Shown here: positions 9,910 through 19,063 of the stretch, one piece after another | Layout of the letters: every line of letters begins with the position of its first letter | Numbering within the stretch: position 1 is the stretch's first letter | Source of the DNA: Candidatus Jordarchaeia archaeon | GTDB lineage: Archaea > Asgardarchaeota > Jordiarchaeia > Jordiarchaeales > Jordiarchaeaceae | DNA length: 32,090 nucleotides | Assembly (NCBI GenBank): GCA_029856435.1 | Contig: JAHQXB010000080.1 | Span: 1 to 32,090, forward strand | Direction of reading: 5' to 3' | Translations under genes and position numbers: made by a program | Notes under the pieces: model-generated | Seen by the model: the letters and a program-made list of their open reading frames with translations, nothing else | Database searches by the model: none | What the model was told of the DNA's origin: nothing

Positions 9910-10641
9910 TTAGAACATGAAGCAATGTGCGACGCAGTGGGGCTCGAAGTATTCTACTAGTTTGAAGTCCCAGTTGTAGCCGGTTACTAGTTTGAGGTAT
10001 TGGCAGTTGTACTGCATTATTCCGCATTGTATGGTGCCGTCACGCCTTTTTGCTAGGCCTTCCTCATAGGCTAGTTTGCATGCTTCCTTAAGGTAGCATG
10101 TAGGATAGATAATGTGTATGCTTCCGTCTCCGTTTTTCTTGTAGCCCATTTGGTGGTGAGCCATCATGGTTTGGATGGTGTCTTTTCTATATTTTTCGAG
10201 TATTCCATCTATGTCGATGTTTCGTTCTTCACTGTTTTCAGCTTTTTCCAGGTCTTTGGTGAAGCTGTGTCCCACTTCCATGCTTGCAGCGCCGATTCGT
10301 CCCTCAAAAAAGTTTTCCACATTAAACTGGGCGTATACTGCTGCACAGTAGGGGAAGGGATAATTGTCAGCCAGAGAAATTAGATACTCTTTTAACTGGT
10401 CTAAGGTTTTGATTTCTTGGGCTGGCTCTTCTCCCACCTTCCTTTTCACAAATCGCAAAGCGTGCTTTATGAAGTTGATGGTATAAACTGGACCGAAGGT
10501 TTTTTCCACGGCTTTATAACCTTCGATCACCAGTCCTGTTAGAAGTTTTGTGTCTGGAAGCTCGTAGGGAGCCTTCTCCAACATTTTGAAATCAGAGATC
10601 TTGAAAACCGCCAATTTTAACACCAGCTTCACTAATCGCAT
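9910..10641 (-). CDS. Hypothetical protein with Cys-rich C-terminal V4R-like domain; paralogue of 18096-18779
   Basis: AVEKTFGPVYT..IKHAL..VGEEP..EIKTLDQLKEY aligns with AVARMFGPVFT..VKYTL..LGEKP..NIETLEGVVEY. Shared CxxxxxC...C......C...D....C pattern. V4R fold assignment is inferred. Confidence 0.75.
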   Translation of the reverse strand: MRLVKLVLKLAVFKISDFKMLEKAPYELPDTKLLTGLVIEGYKAVEKTFGPVYTINFIKHALRFVKRKVGEEPAQEIKTLDQLKEYLISLADNYPFPYCAAVYAQFNVENFFEGRIGAASMEVGHSFTKDLEKAENSEERNIDIDGILEKYRKDTIQTMMAHHQMGYKKNGDGSIHIIYPTCYLKEACKLAYEEGLAKRRDGTIQCGIMQYNCQYLKLVTGYNWDFKLVEYFEPHCVAHCFMF

Positions 10642-10987
10642 TTTTGAGGCGCATTCAATTAAATAATAACATTTTTATAATAAAAACTTTGCCACATTAA
10701 GTTAAATATACAAATTGAGATATTACAATTTTATTTAGTAACACCACCAGATAAACTCGCCAAGCTTAATTTGCACCCCAAAAAATTTTTCAAAAAAGTA
10801 TATAATCCCCGCGACCCAAAAGGAGCAAAAAAACAAAAAGTTTCCAAATAACAAATACATCTAAGACCTACCCTCGAAACAACACACGAAAATAAGTATC
10901 CGCGAGAACGCACAAACGCTTATCTCAGGCAAAGCAAAAACATATTTCCGCGAACTTATTGTTCTACAATTTATGGGAGGTTTCACA

Positions 10988-12451
10988 TTGTTAAAAACTA
11001 AAGAACAATTCATTGAGAGTTTGAAGAAGCAGAAGCCGGAAATCTACATGTTCGGTGAGAAAATTGAGGATCGGGTTACTCACCCTCTACTTAAACCCCA
11101 AATCGACGTTATTGGTTTAACCTATGAATTGGCTCACGACCCTCGATACCGGGAGTTTACCACCGCAAAATCGCACTTAACCGGCACGGTGGTGAACCGC
11201 TTCACCCATGTTAACCAGAGCTCCGACGATCTCATTAAGAAGGTGCAAATGATTAGAATGTATGCCCGCCAGTGCTGCTGCATCCAAAGATGTATGGCTA
11301 TGGACGCCCTAAACGCTCTATCCATAGTGACCCACGAAATAGACCAGAAACATAGAACGAGTTACTATGAGAATTTCAAAAACTATCTGAGCCACTTTCA
11401 GAAGGAAGACATTAGTTCCACCTGTGCCATGACCGATGTTAAAGGCGACCGCAGCCTCAGACCTTCAGAACAGGCTGACCCCGACCTCTACCTAAGGGTG
11501 GTGGAAAAAAGGGATGATGGAATAGTGGTTAGGGGTGCCAAGTGCCACACCACCGCCGCCGTCCCCTCAAACGAGCTAATCATTATGCCCACCAGGGCCC
11601 TGAGAGAGAAGGATAGTGACTACGCGGTTTCCTTCGCGGTGCCCATTGACGCTGAGGGATTGAAACTCATAGCGCGCTCCGTAACTCCTAGGGAAAGGAG
11701 AGAAATAGATTCGCCTTTCCGGGCTCGGTGGGGGGTCACTGAGACTCTCACCGTTTTTGACGATGTTTTCATACCTTGGGAAAATGTTTTCATGTGTGGA
11801 GAGTGGGAATTTGCCGGCCCCGCAGCTGAACTCTTTGCGGTTTATCACCGTCATAGTTACTGCGGATGCAAACCAGCGGTAAGCGACATTCTCATGGGAG
11901 CCGCCACACTTATCGCAGATTATAACGGTGTGAAGGATGCTGGTCACATTCGAGAAAAGATTACTGATATGATATGTACTGCGGAGCAGATGTATGCTTG
12001 TGGCATAGCGGGTTCTGTGAGGGGAAAACCCAGGGGTCCGGGCACCTATGAGCCAGACATAACTATGGTGAACATTGGAAAGTACATTGCTGGAACACAC
12101 ATCTATGAGGAGATTTATCGGGTGCACGACATTGCCGGAGGATTTGCAGTCACCTGCCCCTCAGAGAAGGATTACTTTAATCCCGAAACCAAATCCTTCC
12201 TTGAGAAGTATTTGAAGGGTAGGGCGGATGTTTCCTCTCTGGACCGTATGAAGGCTTTCAAACTGGTGGAGGATTTAACTGCTCATGGATTTGCGGGCTG
12301 GCTTATGGTGGCCAGTTGCCATGGGGGAGGCTCGCCTGAAGCCCAGAGAATTACCATATACCGTGGCTACGACTTAGAAACACGTGAGAAAATCGCCAAA
12401 TGCCTGGCCGGAATAGAGGAATTCGAAAACTTTCCAGAGTTCAAACCCTAA
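10988..12451 (+). CDS. abfD: 4-hydroxybutyryl-CoA dehydratase (AbfD)-like, HpaB/AbfD family, FAD + [4Fe-4S]
   Basis: CIQRC and YHRHSYCGCK supply the 3 Cys + 1 His cluster ligands known from AbfD (CFQRC; H..SY.GCK). Also AMTDVKGDRS and HGGGSPEAQ. TTG start after GGAGG. Confidence 0.82.
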   Translation: MLKTKEQFIESLKKQKPEIYMFGEKIEDRVTHPLLKPQIDVIGLTYELAHDPRYREFTTAKSHLTGTVVNRFTHVNQSSDDLIKKVQMIRMYARQCCCIQRCMAMDALNALSIVTHEIDQKHRTSYYENFKNYLSHFQKEDISSTCAMTDVKGDRSLRPSEQADPDLYLRVVEKRDDGIVVRGAKCHTTAAVPSNELIIMPTRALREKDSDYAVSFAVPIDAEGLKLIARSVTPRERREIDSPFRARWGVTETLTVFDDVFIPWENVFMCGEWEFAGPAAELFAVYHRHSYCGCKPAVSDILMGAATLIADYNGVKDAGHIREKITDMICTAEQMYACGIAGSVRGKPRGPGTYEPDITMVNIGKYIAGTHIYEEIYRVHDIAGGFAVTCPSEKDYFNPETKSFLEKYLKGRADVSSLDRMKAFKLVEDLTAHGFAGWLMVASCHGGGSPEAQRITIYRGYDLETREKIAKCLAGIEEFENFPEFKP

Positions 12452-12798
12452 AGCTTCTCAACATTTTATTTTGACCCCTTTTTTTCACTTTCTTTTTCAA
12501 CATGCTTTTCATAATTTTTACTATTTAGGCTCCTTTTTTAGCAGTTCCTAGTAAGAGCCTGTGCTTGATTTAAATGTGCAATATTATAAAAAAGAGTGAC
12601 AATTGGTAGAGATTTCAAAATTTCCCGAAAAAGTTTATAGTGAAATATGTTTGAAGTTCAAGAGGGTAGATTAAGGCTGCTAAATGTGGTGGATATTTCT
12701 GTCCTTCTCAACATATCAGAATTTAAACTGCAAAAACAATTTTATAACAAAGAAGAAAGAAAACGAAGTCTAAACAAAAAATTTCAAGGCGCTAGGAA

Positions 12799-13758
12799 TT
12801 GGATGTTAGTATCGTTTGTGAGAATCTTAGGCGTTTACTGGAAGAGTCTGTGAAAAGAAATCTCGCTGAGGGTATGCTGCTTTCGGGAGGTCTAGATACC
12901 TCCATAATTGCAGCAGTGGCGTCCAAGTATAGAAAGTTGAAAGCGTTTACTGTGGCCTTTGAGGGGGCTCCCTCACCAGACGTGGAGTACGCAGAGCAGG
13001 TTGCCGAAAAATTCAATCTTGAGCACATCATTCACTATATGAGTATGGAGGAGCTTAACTATGAGATTCCCACCATTGTTCGGGTGACGAATTCTTTTGA
13101 CCCAATGGAGATAAGAAACAGTGTAGTTATTTTAGTGGGCTTAAAGGCGGCGAAGGAAGCCGGAACAAATTCTATACTCACGGGAGACGGGGCTGACGAA
13201 CTCTTCGCAGGCTACAGCTTCCTTTTCCAGTATTCCCCAAAAAAGCTGGAACGGGAGCTGCAGAGAATTTGGGAAAATATGCGTTTCTCTTCAAGAGACA
13301 TTGCAGCATACCTCAACATGGAGGTTAAGCTACCCTATTTGGATAAGAACTTTCAGTCCTATGCAAAGCAGATAGACCCCAAACTAAAAGTTCACAAAAT
13401 GAGGGGTGGCATAATTGGAAAATGGATTCTAAGGAAGGCCTTCCAAGATGTCTTGCCCCAAAACATAGTCTGGAGAGTGAAAACCCCCATAGAACAGGGC
13501 TCCGGAACAGCTCATCTCCCCCAAATATTTGAGGAATTAATTTCGGACACAACATTTGAAGAAAAGAGGAGAAGAATATGGCAAGAGGATCATGTTGAGA
13601 TACGGGATAAGGAGCATTTAGCCTACTATGAAGTATACCGCTCCGAAATAGGAGTACCCTCAGCCACAAGTACAAAAGAAAAAATCTGCCCCAAATGCAA
13701 CTCCAACGTTAAAAAAGACTCCACATACTGCAGAACATGCGGAGCATACCCCATCTAG
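12799..13758 (+). CDS. Asparagine synthetase C-terminal (PP-loop) domain protein lacking the glutaminase domain, with C-terminal zinc ribbon
   Basis: LLSGGLDTS, LTGDGADELFAGY, LPYLD, KWILRKAF, WRVKTP. Ends CPKC...CRTCG. Confidence 0.88.
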   Translation: MDVSIVCENLRRLLEESVKRNLAEGMLLSGGLDTSIIAAVASKYRKLKAFTVAFEGAPSPDVEYAEQVAEKFNLEHIIHYMSMEELNYEIPTIVRVTNSFDPMEIRNSVVILVGLKAAKEAGTNSILTGDGADELFAGYSFLFQYSPKKLERELQRIWENMRFSSRDIAAYLNMEVKLPYLDKNFQSYAKQIDPKLKVHKMRGGIIGKWILRKAFQDVLPQNIVWRVKTPIEQGSGTAHLPQIFEELISDTTFEEKRRRIWQEDHVEIRDKEHLAYYEVYRSEIGVPSATSTKEKICPKCNSNVKKDSTYCRTCGAYPI

Positions 13759-14104
13759 AAAAGCCACACCCCTGAAAAGAAGCCCAAAGTCCCAAATTTA
13801 CAAAATTCTCATAAAAGAATGGCTTAAGGAAACTATTATACAGATTATTTTTTTCCGAGTTTTCATAGCTGGTTGCATTATGGCTATTTCAAGTATACTT
13901 TGAATGTTATCTCGAGTTTTGGAATTCGCAGTGGAATATTTGAACTCAAGGGGGGTATGCCAAACAATTCTTCCATACTGTGATTGCTGGAAAGATTCTG
14001 ATTTGGTTTTTTGTTGTTTTGTTGACTCATTTTTTGTTATCAAAAAATTTAACAACATGTTTAGTATATCACCGTTTAACTGATTTAGTTCTTGGAGGAA
14101 TCTT

Positions 14105-14884
14105 ATGGATCTGGAAACTATTAAAATTGAGAAGCAGGATGGCATCGGCAAAATTATTCTGAATAGGCCTGATAAGAGGAATGCCATTAGCGCCGAAATG
14201 TTTAGAGATATCGGAGAAGCCGCCCGCATCGTTTCTGACGATAACGAGGTTAAGGTGGTAATATTAACAGGGGCGGGCCCAGTTTTTTCAGCAGGCATAG
14301 ACTTCACTTCAATGGGAGCGCTGGGCGGCGCATCCTCCCGAATGTTCCGTGACATGTTGAAGAAGAGCCAGGTAAACTATGGATTGCTTGAAAGCATGGA
14401 GAAGCCCGTGATAGCCGCCATCAACGGGGCGGCCATCGGTGCGGGTTTAGAGATGGCTCTATGCTGCGACATAAGAATTGCTGCGGAGAACGCCAGAATG
14501 GGTGTTCCGGAAGTATGTTTTGGGCTGGTTCCAGATCTCGGCGGAGCTCAGAGGCTTCCCAGAATAGTGGGACTGGGGAGAGCAAAAGAGCTAATCTTCA
14601 CGGGAAGAATCATAGATGCAAAGGAGGCTGAGAGAATAGGCCTCGTGAATAGGGTGGTGCCCGCCGATAAACTAATGGATGCAGCTTTGGAAATGGCCAA
14701 TGAGATTAAGGACAACGGGTTAATCGCCGTGGGCTTGGCCAAAAAAATTGCCAACAAATCCTTGGAAATCGACTTGGAAAGCGTCCTTGAATACTCCATA
14801 CTGGCCCAAGACATATGTGTGAGAACAGAAGACATGGCAACTCTATTCCAACGCTACATGGAAAAGAAGAGCAAGAAAAAGTAA
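14105..14884 (+). CDS. Enoyl-CoA hydratase/isomerase (crotonase)
   Basis: LNRPDKRNA, FSAGID, GAAIGAGLE and PEVCFGLVPD (both catalytic Glu present). Confidence 0.93.
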   Translation: MDLETIKIEKQDGIGKIILNRPDKRNAISAEMFRDIGEAARIVSDDNEVKVVILTGAGPVFSAGIDFTSMGALGGASSRMFRDMLKKSQVNYGLLESMEKPVIAAINGAAIGAGLEMALCCDIRIAAENARMGVPEVCFGLVPDLGGAQRLPRIVGLGRAKELIFTGRIIDAKEAERIGLVNRVVPADKLMDAALEMANEIKDNGLIAVGLAKKIANKSLEIDLESVLEYSILAQDICVRTEDMATLFQRYMEKKSKKK

Positions 14885-15291
14885 ATTGTCCCAAAAACAC
14901 TTTTTTAATTTTATTCCTCGACGGCTGGAAATAGCCACAAAGACCCTCTAGTTGCCACTTCTCAACGTTAAGTTAGAGGTTTTCCCGCCGACCGGCTTGC
15001 GGGGTGAATTTCTTAAAAAGAAAGAGGAAGGAGCGAGAACTTGAGGCGGGATACTTTCGCTGATAGCCGCATTACGGGCTAAAAAATGGTGGTGAATGTT
15101 TTTTCACTTTCACTTTGGACACAATTAGCTAGGCGTTACCTATCGTGTGCACTTAGTGTTCTAAGCTCTCTTGACATGAACCTGCTCGCAGTTGTTCCCG
15201 GGGCGAATAGCGACGAAATACGCTCAGAAGGAAGGTTGTTTGAGCCTAAAAATGCACCACACATAATGGTTGCCACTCAGCTAACAGTGCC

Positions 15292-16578
15292 TCACTTTGA
15301 GACTTGTATCATTTGGGCTAGCGACCACTTGACAAAGGAGTCGGGCAATATCGCTCCCTTTCTTCTCTTCTGGAATAGTGTTTGGTCGTATCTTTCAAAT
15401 CCCACCTCGGGGTTAACCGCACACCTGGGCTGCAATCCCGACATCATCCTCATTAGGCACTGCAGGCATCGGGTGCATTTTCTTATTTCATCTGTTTTTC
15501 CCTGTTTAACCTTGTTGGGCCAGTCTGGGTCCGCAATTGACTGTCTGCCAAGTTCAACTATGTCTGTTATTCCTTCGCGTACTGCCTGCTCTGCGAGAGC
15601 TGGATCATTTATTGATGGTGTCATTATGGGGATGTCTAGGACGCTTTTGAGTTCTGCTGCCTCTTTCAGTATGTGGTTTTTGACGTGCTCTATGCTTTCT
15701 GGAAGGAAGTATTTGAGGGCCTCATAGCATCCATCAGAAATGTTGAAGTATGAAATTCCCATGTCCTCCAGCTTCTTGGCGACGACCTTCACCTCGTCTA
15801 AGGTTAATCCTCCCGGCATGTGTTCGGCGGCGCTCATTCTCACACCTACTGGGATTACGTTTTTCACCTTTTCCAGTGTGCGTTCAGCTATTTCTACCAG
15901 AAACCTCATTCGATTCTCTAGTGATCCGCCGTACTGGTCAGTTCTCTTGTTTGAACGTGGTGAGAGAAACTGGTGTAAGAGGTATCCGTGGGGTGCGTGT
16001 ATTTCTATGCCGTCGAATCCGGCGGTTATTGCTCTCACGCACGCTTCAACGTAGCGCTCCTGCTCGCTCTGTATTTCTTCGACTGTCATTTCTCTGGGGG
16101 TCTGTCCCTTCATGTATTTTTCCAACTCGGGGCTGCCCAGCATCGGCTTGAATGTTTCTGGCAGCATCTCGGCGGACACTTCGTAGGGGATTGGTGAGGG
16201 GGCGTATGCTGGTGTGCCGTCTAGGGAGCGTCCCTGCCGTCCCAGGCCTATAGTTAGCTGTGCGAATATTTTTGCTCCGAAACTGTGTACTGCCTCCACT
16301 AGGGTGTTTAAGCTGGATATGAAGAGATCATTGTATAGGCAAAAGTTTTTGTAGAAATTGAATTGGTAAGACATTTTGGTTGCAAATATGGCTTCGGTTA
16401 TTATTAGTCCAAAGCCGCCCTTTGCTCTACGCGTGTACCAAGCTATGCTTTGTTCTGTTACAAAACCATCATGGGTTGAGAAGAGCATATCCATGGGGGC
16501 CATCGCTAATCTGTTGCTTAGTTCAATGTCTCCTATTTTGATTGGTTCAAAAAGGGTTTCGAAGCAGGGTTTCTCCAC
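15292..16578 (-). CDS. NADH:flavin oxidoreductase (Old Yellow Enzyme family) with C-terminal Fe-S motif, no fused FAD domain
   Basis: NRLAMAPM, GFDGIEIHAPHGYLLHQFLSPRSNKRTDQYGGSLENR, and CTRCLQC-x11-CAVNP. Confidence 0.92.
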   Translation of the reverse strand: MEKPCFETLFEPIKIGDIELSNRLAMAPMDMLFSTHDGFVTEQSIAWYTRRAKGGFGLIITEAIFATKMSYQFNFYKNFCLYNDLFISSLNTLVEAVHSFGAKIFAQLTIGLGRQGRSLDGTPAYAPSPIPYEVSAEMLPETFKPMLGSPELEKYMKGQTPREMTVEEIQSEQERYVEACVRAITAGFDGIEIHAPHGYLLHQFLSPRSNKRTDQYGGSLENRMRFLVEIAERTLEKVKNVIPVGVRMSAAEHMPGGLTLDEVKVVAKKLEDMGISYFNISDGCYEALKYFLPESIEHVKNHILKEAAELKSVLDIPIMTPSINDPALAEQAVREGITDIVELGRQSIADPDWPNKVKQGKTDEIRKCTRCLQCLMRMMSGLQPRCAVNPEVGFERYDQTLFQKRRKGAILPDSFVKWSLAQMIQVSK

Positions 16579-16907
16579 AATGACTCTATCAATTACTATT
16601 TTGCTGGGCTTCTCGGTGGATTTTTCGGTTCTGGTTTCTTCCCGAATTTGCTTAAGGCTTATTTTTCATCCCTCCAAGAATGGTCTCAAACGGTAAGTTT
16701 TTATTTGATAGAGATCATACATTCCCCTTTTTATCAAAAAAGAGGAAAGAGGCTCCTCCGCATTATTCTTGTTTTCTTTATTTGCCTTTTCTTATTTGAT
16801 ATCATAGAAAACTTATATAAATTTTACTCTTAAAGAAAATATTTATAATAATGATTTTTAAAGGAGAATTTAAAAAAATAAGGAGGGGAAAAATGAAAGC
16901 CCTATTT

Positions 16908-17441
16908 TTACTTAGATTCGATTTTCATTTTCAAGTGGCAGGTTTTTCCCTCAGTGGTAACACTCATATCCGTTACCTGTCCGAAGCCTAGAGCCTCCAC
17001 GGTGCCGGCACCTACCACAGCTAGGGCGCAAATGGGGCATCCCTTATATCCCAGCAGGTCTTTAGCTATTTTTCCGAAGCCCAGATACATGCAGCCGGTC
17101 AATGTTCCAGTCATGGTGTTGTCCTTCAAAGTCACTTCCACGTTTTCCACAAATTTGCTGTTTTTCACCGCGTCCGTAAAGTCCTTGGGAAGCTCGTCCA
17201 GAGTGGAAGCCGGTTCCCTGCCCAAAAGCACCCTGTCAACTATCTTCAGTACTCCCTTTAAAACATCGGCTGTGCGGCGTGAAGTTAGCGTGGTAGGTAT
17301 ACCCATATTCTCCAGAGCTGAGAGAAGAGAGCCGAAAATCACCGCATTGTTGAAAATGTTCAGCGTCACTTCCTGACCCTTTTCCGCAGTAAGCTCACCA
17401 ACAGTTTGCATCAATTTCTCAATGTTTATGTTTTCCGACAA
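16908..17441 (-). CDS. Stand-alone V4R-like (HNOX/TRAPP-Bet3 superfamily) domain protein
   Basis: Helical N-half, then beta-hairpin VEVTLKDNTMTGTLTGCMY, GCPIC and terminal strand pair ending KTCHLKM. Fold is inferred. Confidence 0.65.
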   Translation of the reverse strand: MSENINIEKLMQTVGELTAEKGQEVTLNIFNNAVIFGSLLSALENMGIPTTLTSRRTADVLKGVLKIVDRVLLGREPASTLDELPKDFTDAVKNSKFVENVEVTLKDNTMTGTLTGCMYLGFGKIAKDLLGYKGCPICALAVVGAGTVEALGFGQVTDMSVTTEGKTCHLKMKIESK

Positions 17442-17490
17442 CGCTTACCCACCCTAACAAGTTGAATTTATTCCTCTAAAGTATACATGG

Positions 17491-17599
17491 AGCGATGCAG
17501 AATTGTAGTCTTCTCCTCTAAAAAGGGGGTTCAAAATTCACCTAGGCTCTGCCAACCCTAAAGGAAAAGGGGAAATCAACTAACACATTCTGCATCATT
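17491..17599. mobile_element. Diverged copy of the ~107-bp MITE family
   Basis: Ends gatgcagaat / attctgcatc form an inverted repeat. Internal cctctaaaaagggggt matches the other copies, length 109 bp, no recognisable TSD. Confidence 0.6.
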
Positions 17600-17602
17600 A
17601 AT

Positions 17603-17628
17603 ATGTAAATGTTACATTGATATTTAAA
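17603..17628 (-). promoter_or_regulatory. TATA box (TTTAAATA, 17621-17628) with adjacent palindrome ATGTAA-atg-TTACAT (17603-17617), upstream of the V4R-like gene
   Basis: Both motifs read directly from sequence. Operator role is inferred. Confidence 0.4.
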
Positions 17629-18095
17629 GGTTATAGGTAAAGGGTGCCAAAAGCCTCCACATAAATTAAGTATGAATGACGGTTAGAGGGAGGCATCAAG
17701 CGGTTAAATTCAAACTATTGAGCGTTTACTTGGTGTGTAGATTAGTCCGATTCTGCCCTTCATTTTGGGGCTCTAAATCGGAAAAGAAGCCCTATAAACG
17801 AAGTCGAAATTGAAGGAAACTACACTGCGCGTTTACTTGGAGGATACGCCTATAGATTTAGTAGGCAATTTGCTGAATTATCCTCATTTTCTTATTTTGT
17901 TGCGCTATTCCATTTTAAAAAAGGGGAAATTAAAGGCTTTATCAATTGGGGATAGATGGTGTGTTTTGGCAAACCTTGACATAATCCGCGATTGGTAGTA
18001 ATCCTCAAATGCACAAAGTAGAATGGTTGGTTTCTTCCACAAGCAGTGTTGGGCGACTCCTGTTGGGCAAAATGGGGGGTTCTCGTTTTTAGTTT

Positions 18096-18779
18096 TTACT
18101 CTTTGAGGTAGATTTTTCCCTCGCATGTGGGTTGGTCAAATTTTTCTAAGGTGTAGTCGCATCTTTTTCCGGTTATTATTTCTGCGGCTGCGCAGTGGTT
18201 GATTAGGATGATGCACTCTTTGCCTCCCACTATGCGTGAAAAGTCTTCTTGGGCTAGTTTTCTGCAGGCGTCCTTGCAGGTGCAGTTTTTTACAATCATT
18301 TTGGCCCCATTTTCCCGCCGTTCGAACATGTTTGGGGGAATAACTTTAAGGAGACTGTTTAGCTCGTGGAACTTCACTATTGCATCAAAGATTTGGTCTG
18401 TTGATCCTTGGAGGCTGCTTAACATTCCGCTTTCCTCCATGACTCTTTTAACGGCGTTGAAGGCCATTCTTTTTGATCCCGAAGCAGAGTAGCCCTCCAG
18501 AACCCGCTCCGATTTTGCCATTCCGTAAACTATGCTGCACACGCCATCAGGGTAGCGGTCAATGTTTTTTTGAATGTACTCCACTACTCCCTCCAATGTT
18601 TCAATGTTTTCTGGAGGCTTCTCGCCCAGTTTTTCTGCTTCAAACTCCAAAGTGTATTTTACTGTGTTTTTGGTGAATACAGGCCCAAACATTCTGGCCA
18701 CAGCCTCAGTGGTAGTTTTTGAAACCATCAAGCTCGTGTTAACGTCGGGAACCACACTAATTTCAGTTACATCCACCAA
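18096..18779 (-). CDS. Hypothetical protein with Cys-rich V4R-like domain; paralogue of 9910-10641
   Basis: Full-length alignment to 9910-10641. TTG start after GAGGTGG; ORF track start is 18794. Confidence 0.78.
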   Translation of the reverse strand: MVDVTEISVVPDVNTSLMVSKTTTEAVARMFGPVFTKNTVKYTLEFEAEKLGEKPPENIETLEGVVEYIQKNIDRYPDGVCSIVYGMAKSERVLEGYSASGSKRMAFNAVKRVMEESGMLSSLQGSTDQIFDAIVKFHELNSLLKVIPPNMFERRENGAKMIVKNCTCKDACRKLAQEDFSRIVGGKECIILINHCAAAEIITGKRCDYTLEKFDQPTCEGKIYLKE

Positions 18780-19063
18780 TGTGTTCCACCTCACATCTAT
18801 TAGTTGGCCTTTACTACCTAAAATTCAAAAAAAGGTAATAATATTATTTGTATTTGAATTAAACATTTCTAGTTTATATTAATTTTCACTATAAAAAGTT
18901 GGCTGCCGAACTGTTCTAAGATCCCCAAAAGGGAGGCGGCAAAGAGAGGCGGGACAGGTAGAGTCCGCTTCGAATTTCAGAATTTTATTACAAAATCTTT
19001 GGTGAACTTCCCCTACTGTTTTGGGCATATGGCCCTTTTTTTAGTCCACCTATTTTGAAACTG

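Noticed and set aside
10988-12451. 4-hydroxyphenylacetate 3-monooxygenase (HpaB) annotation, or evidence of autotrophic HP/HB or DC/HB carbon fixation
   Set aside because: Fe-S ligands point to AbfD rather than oxygen-dependent HpaB. AbfD alone does not imply autotrophy and no carboxylase genes are present.
15086-15727. 213 aa plus-strand ORF and other long antisense ORFs (e.g. 2642-3214, 6616-7188, 11576-12127, 13798-14355)
   Set aside because: They overlap well-supported genes on the opposite strand and have no recognisable motifs.
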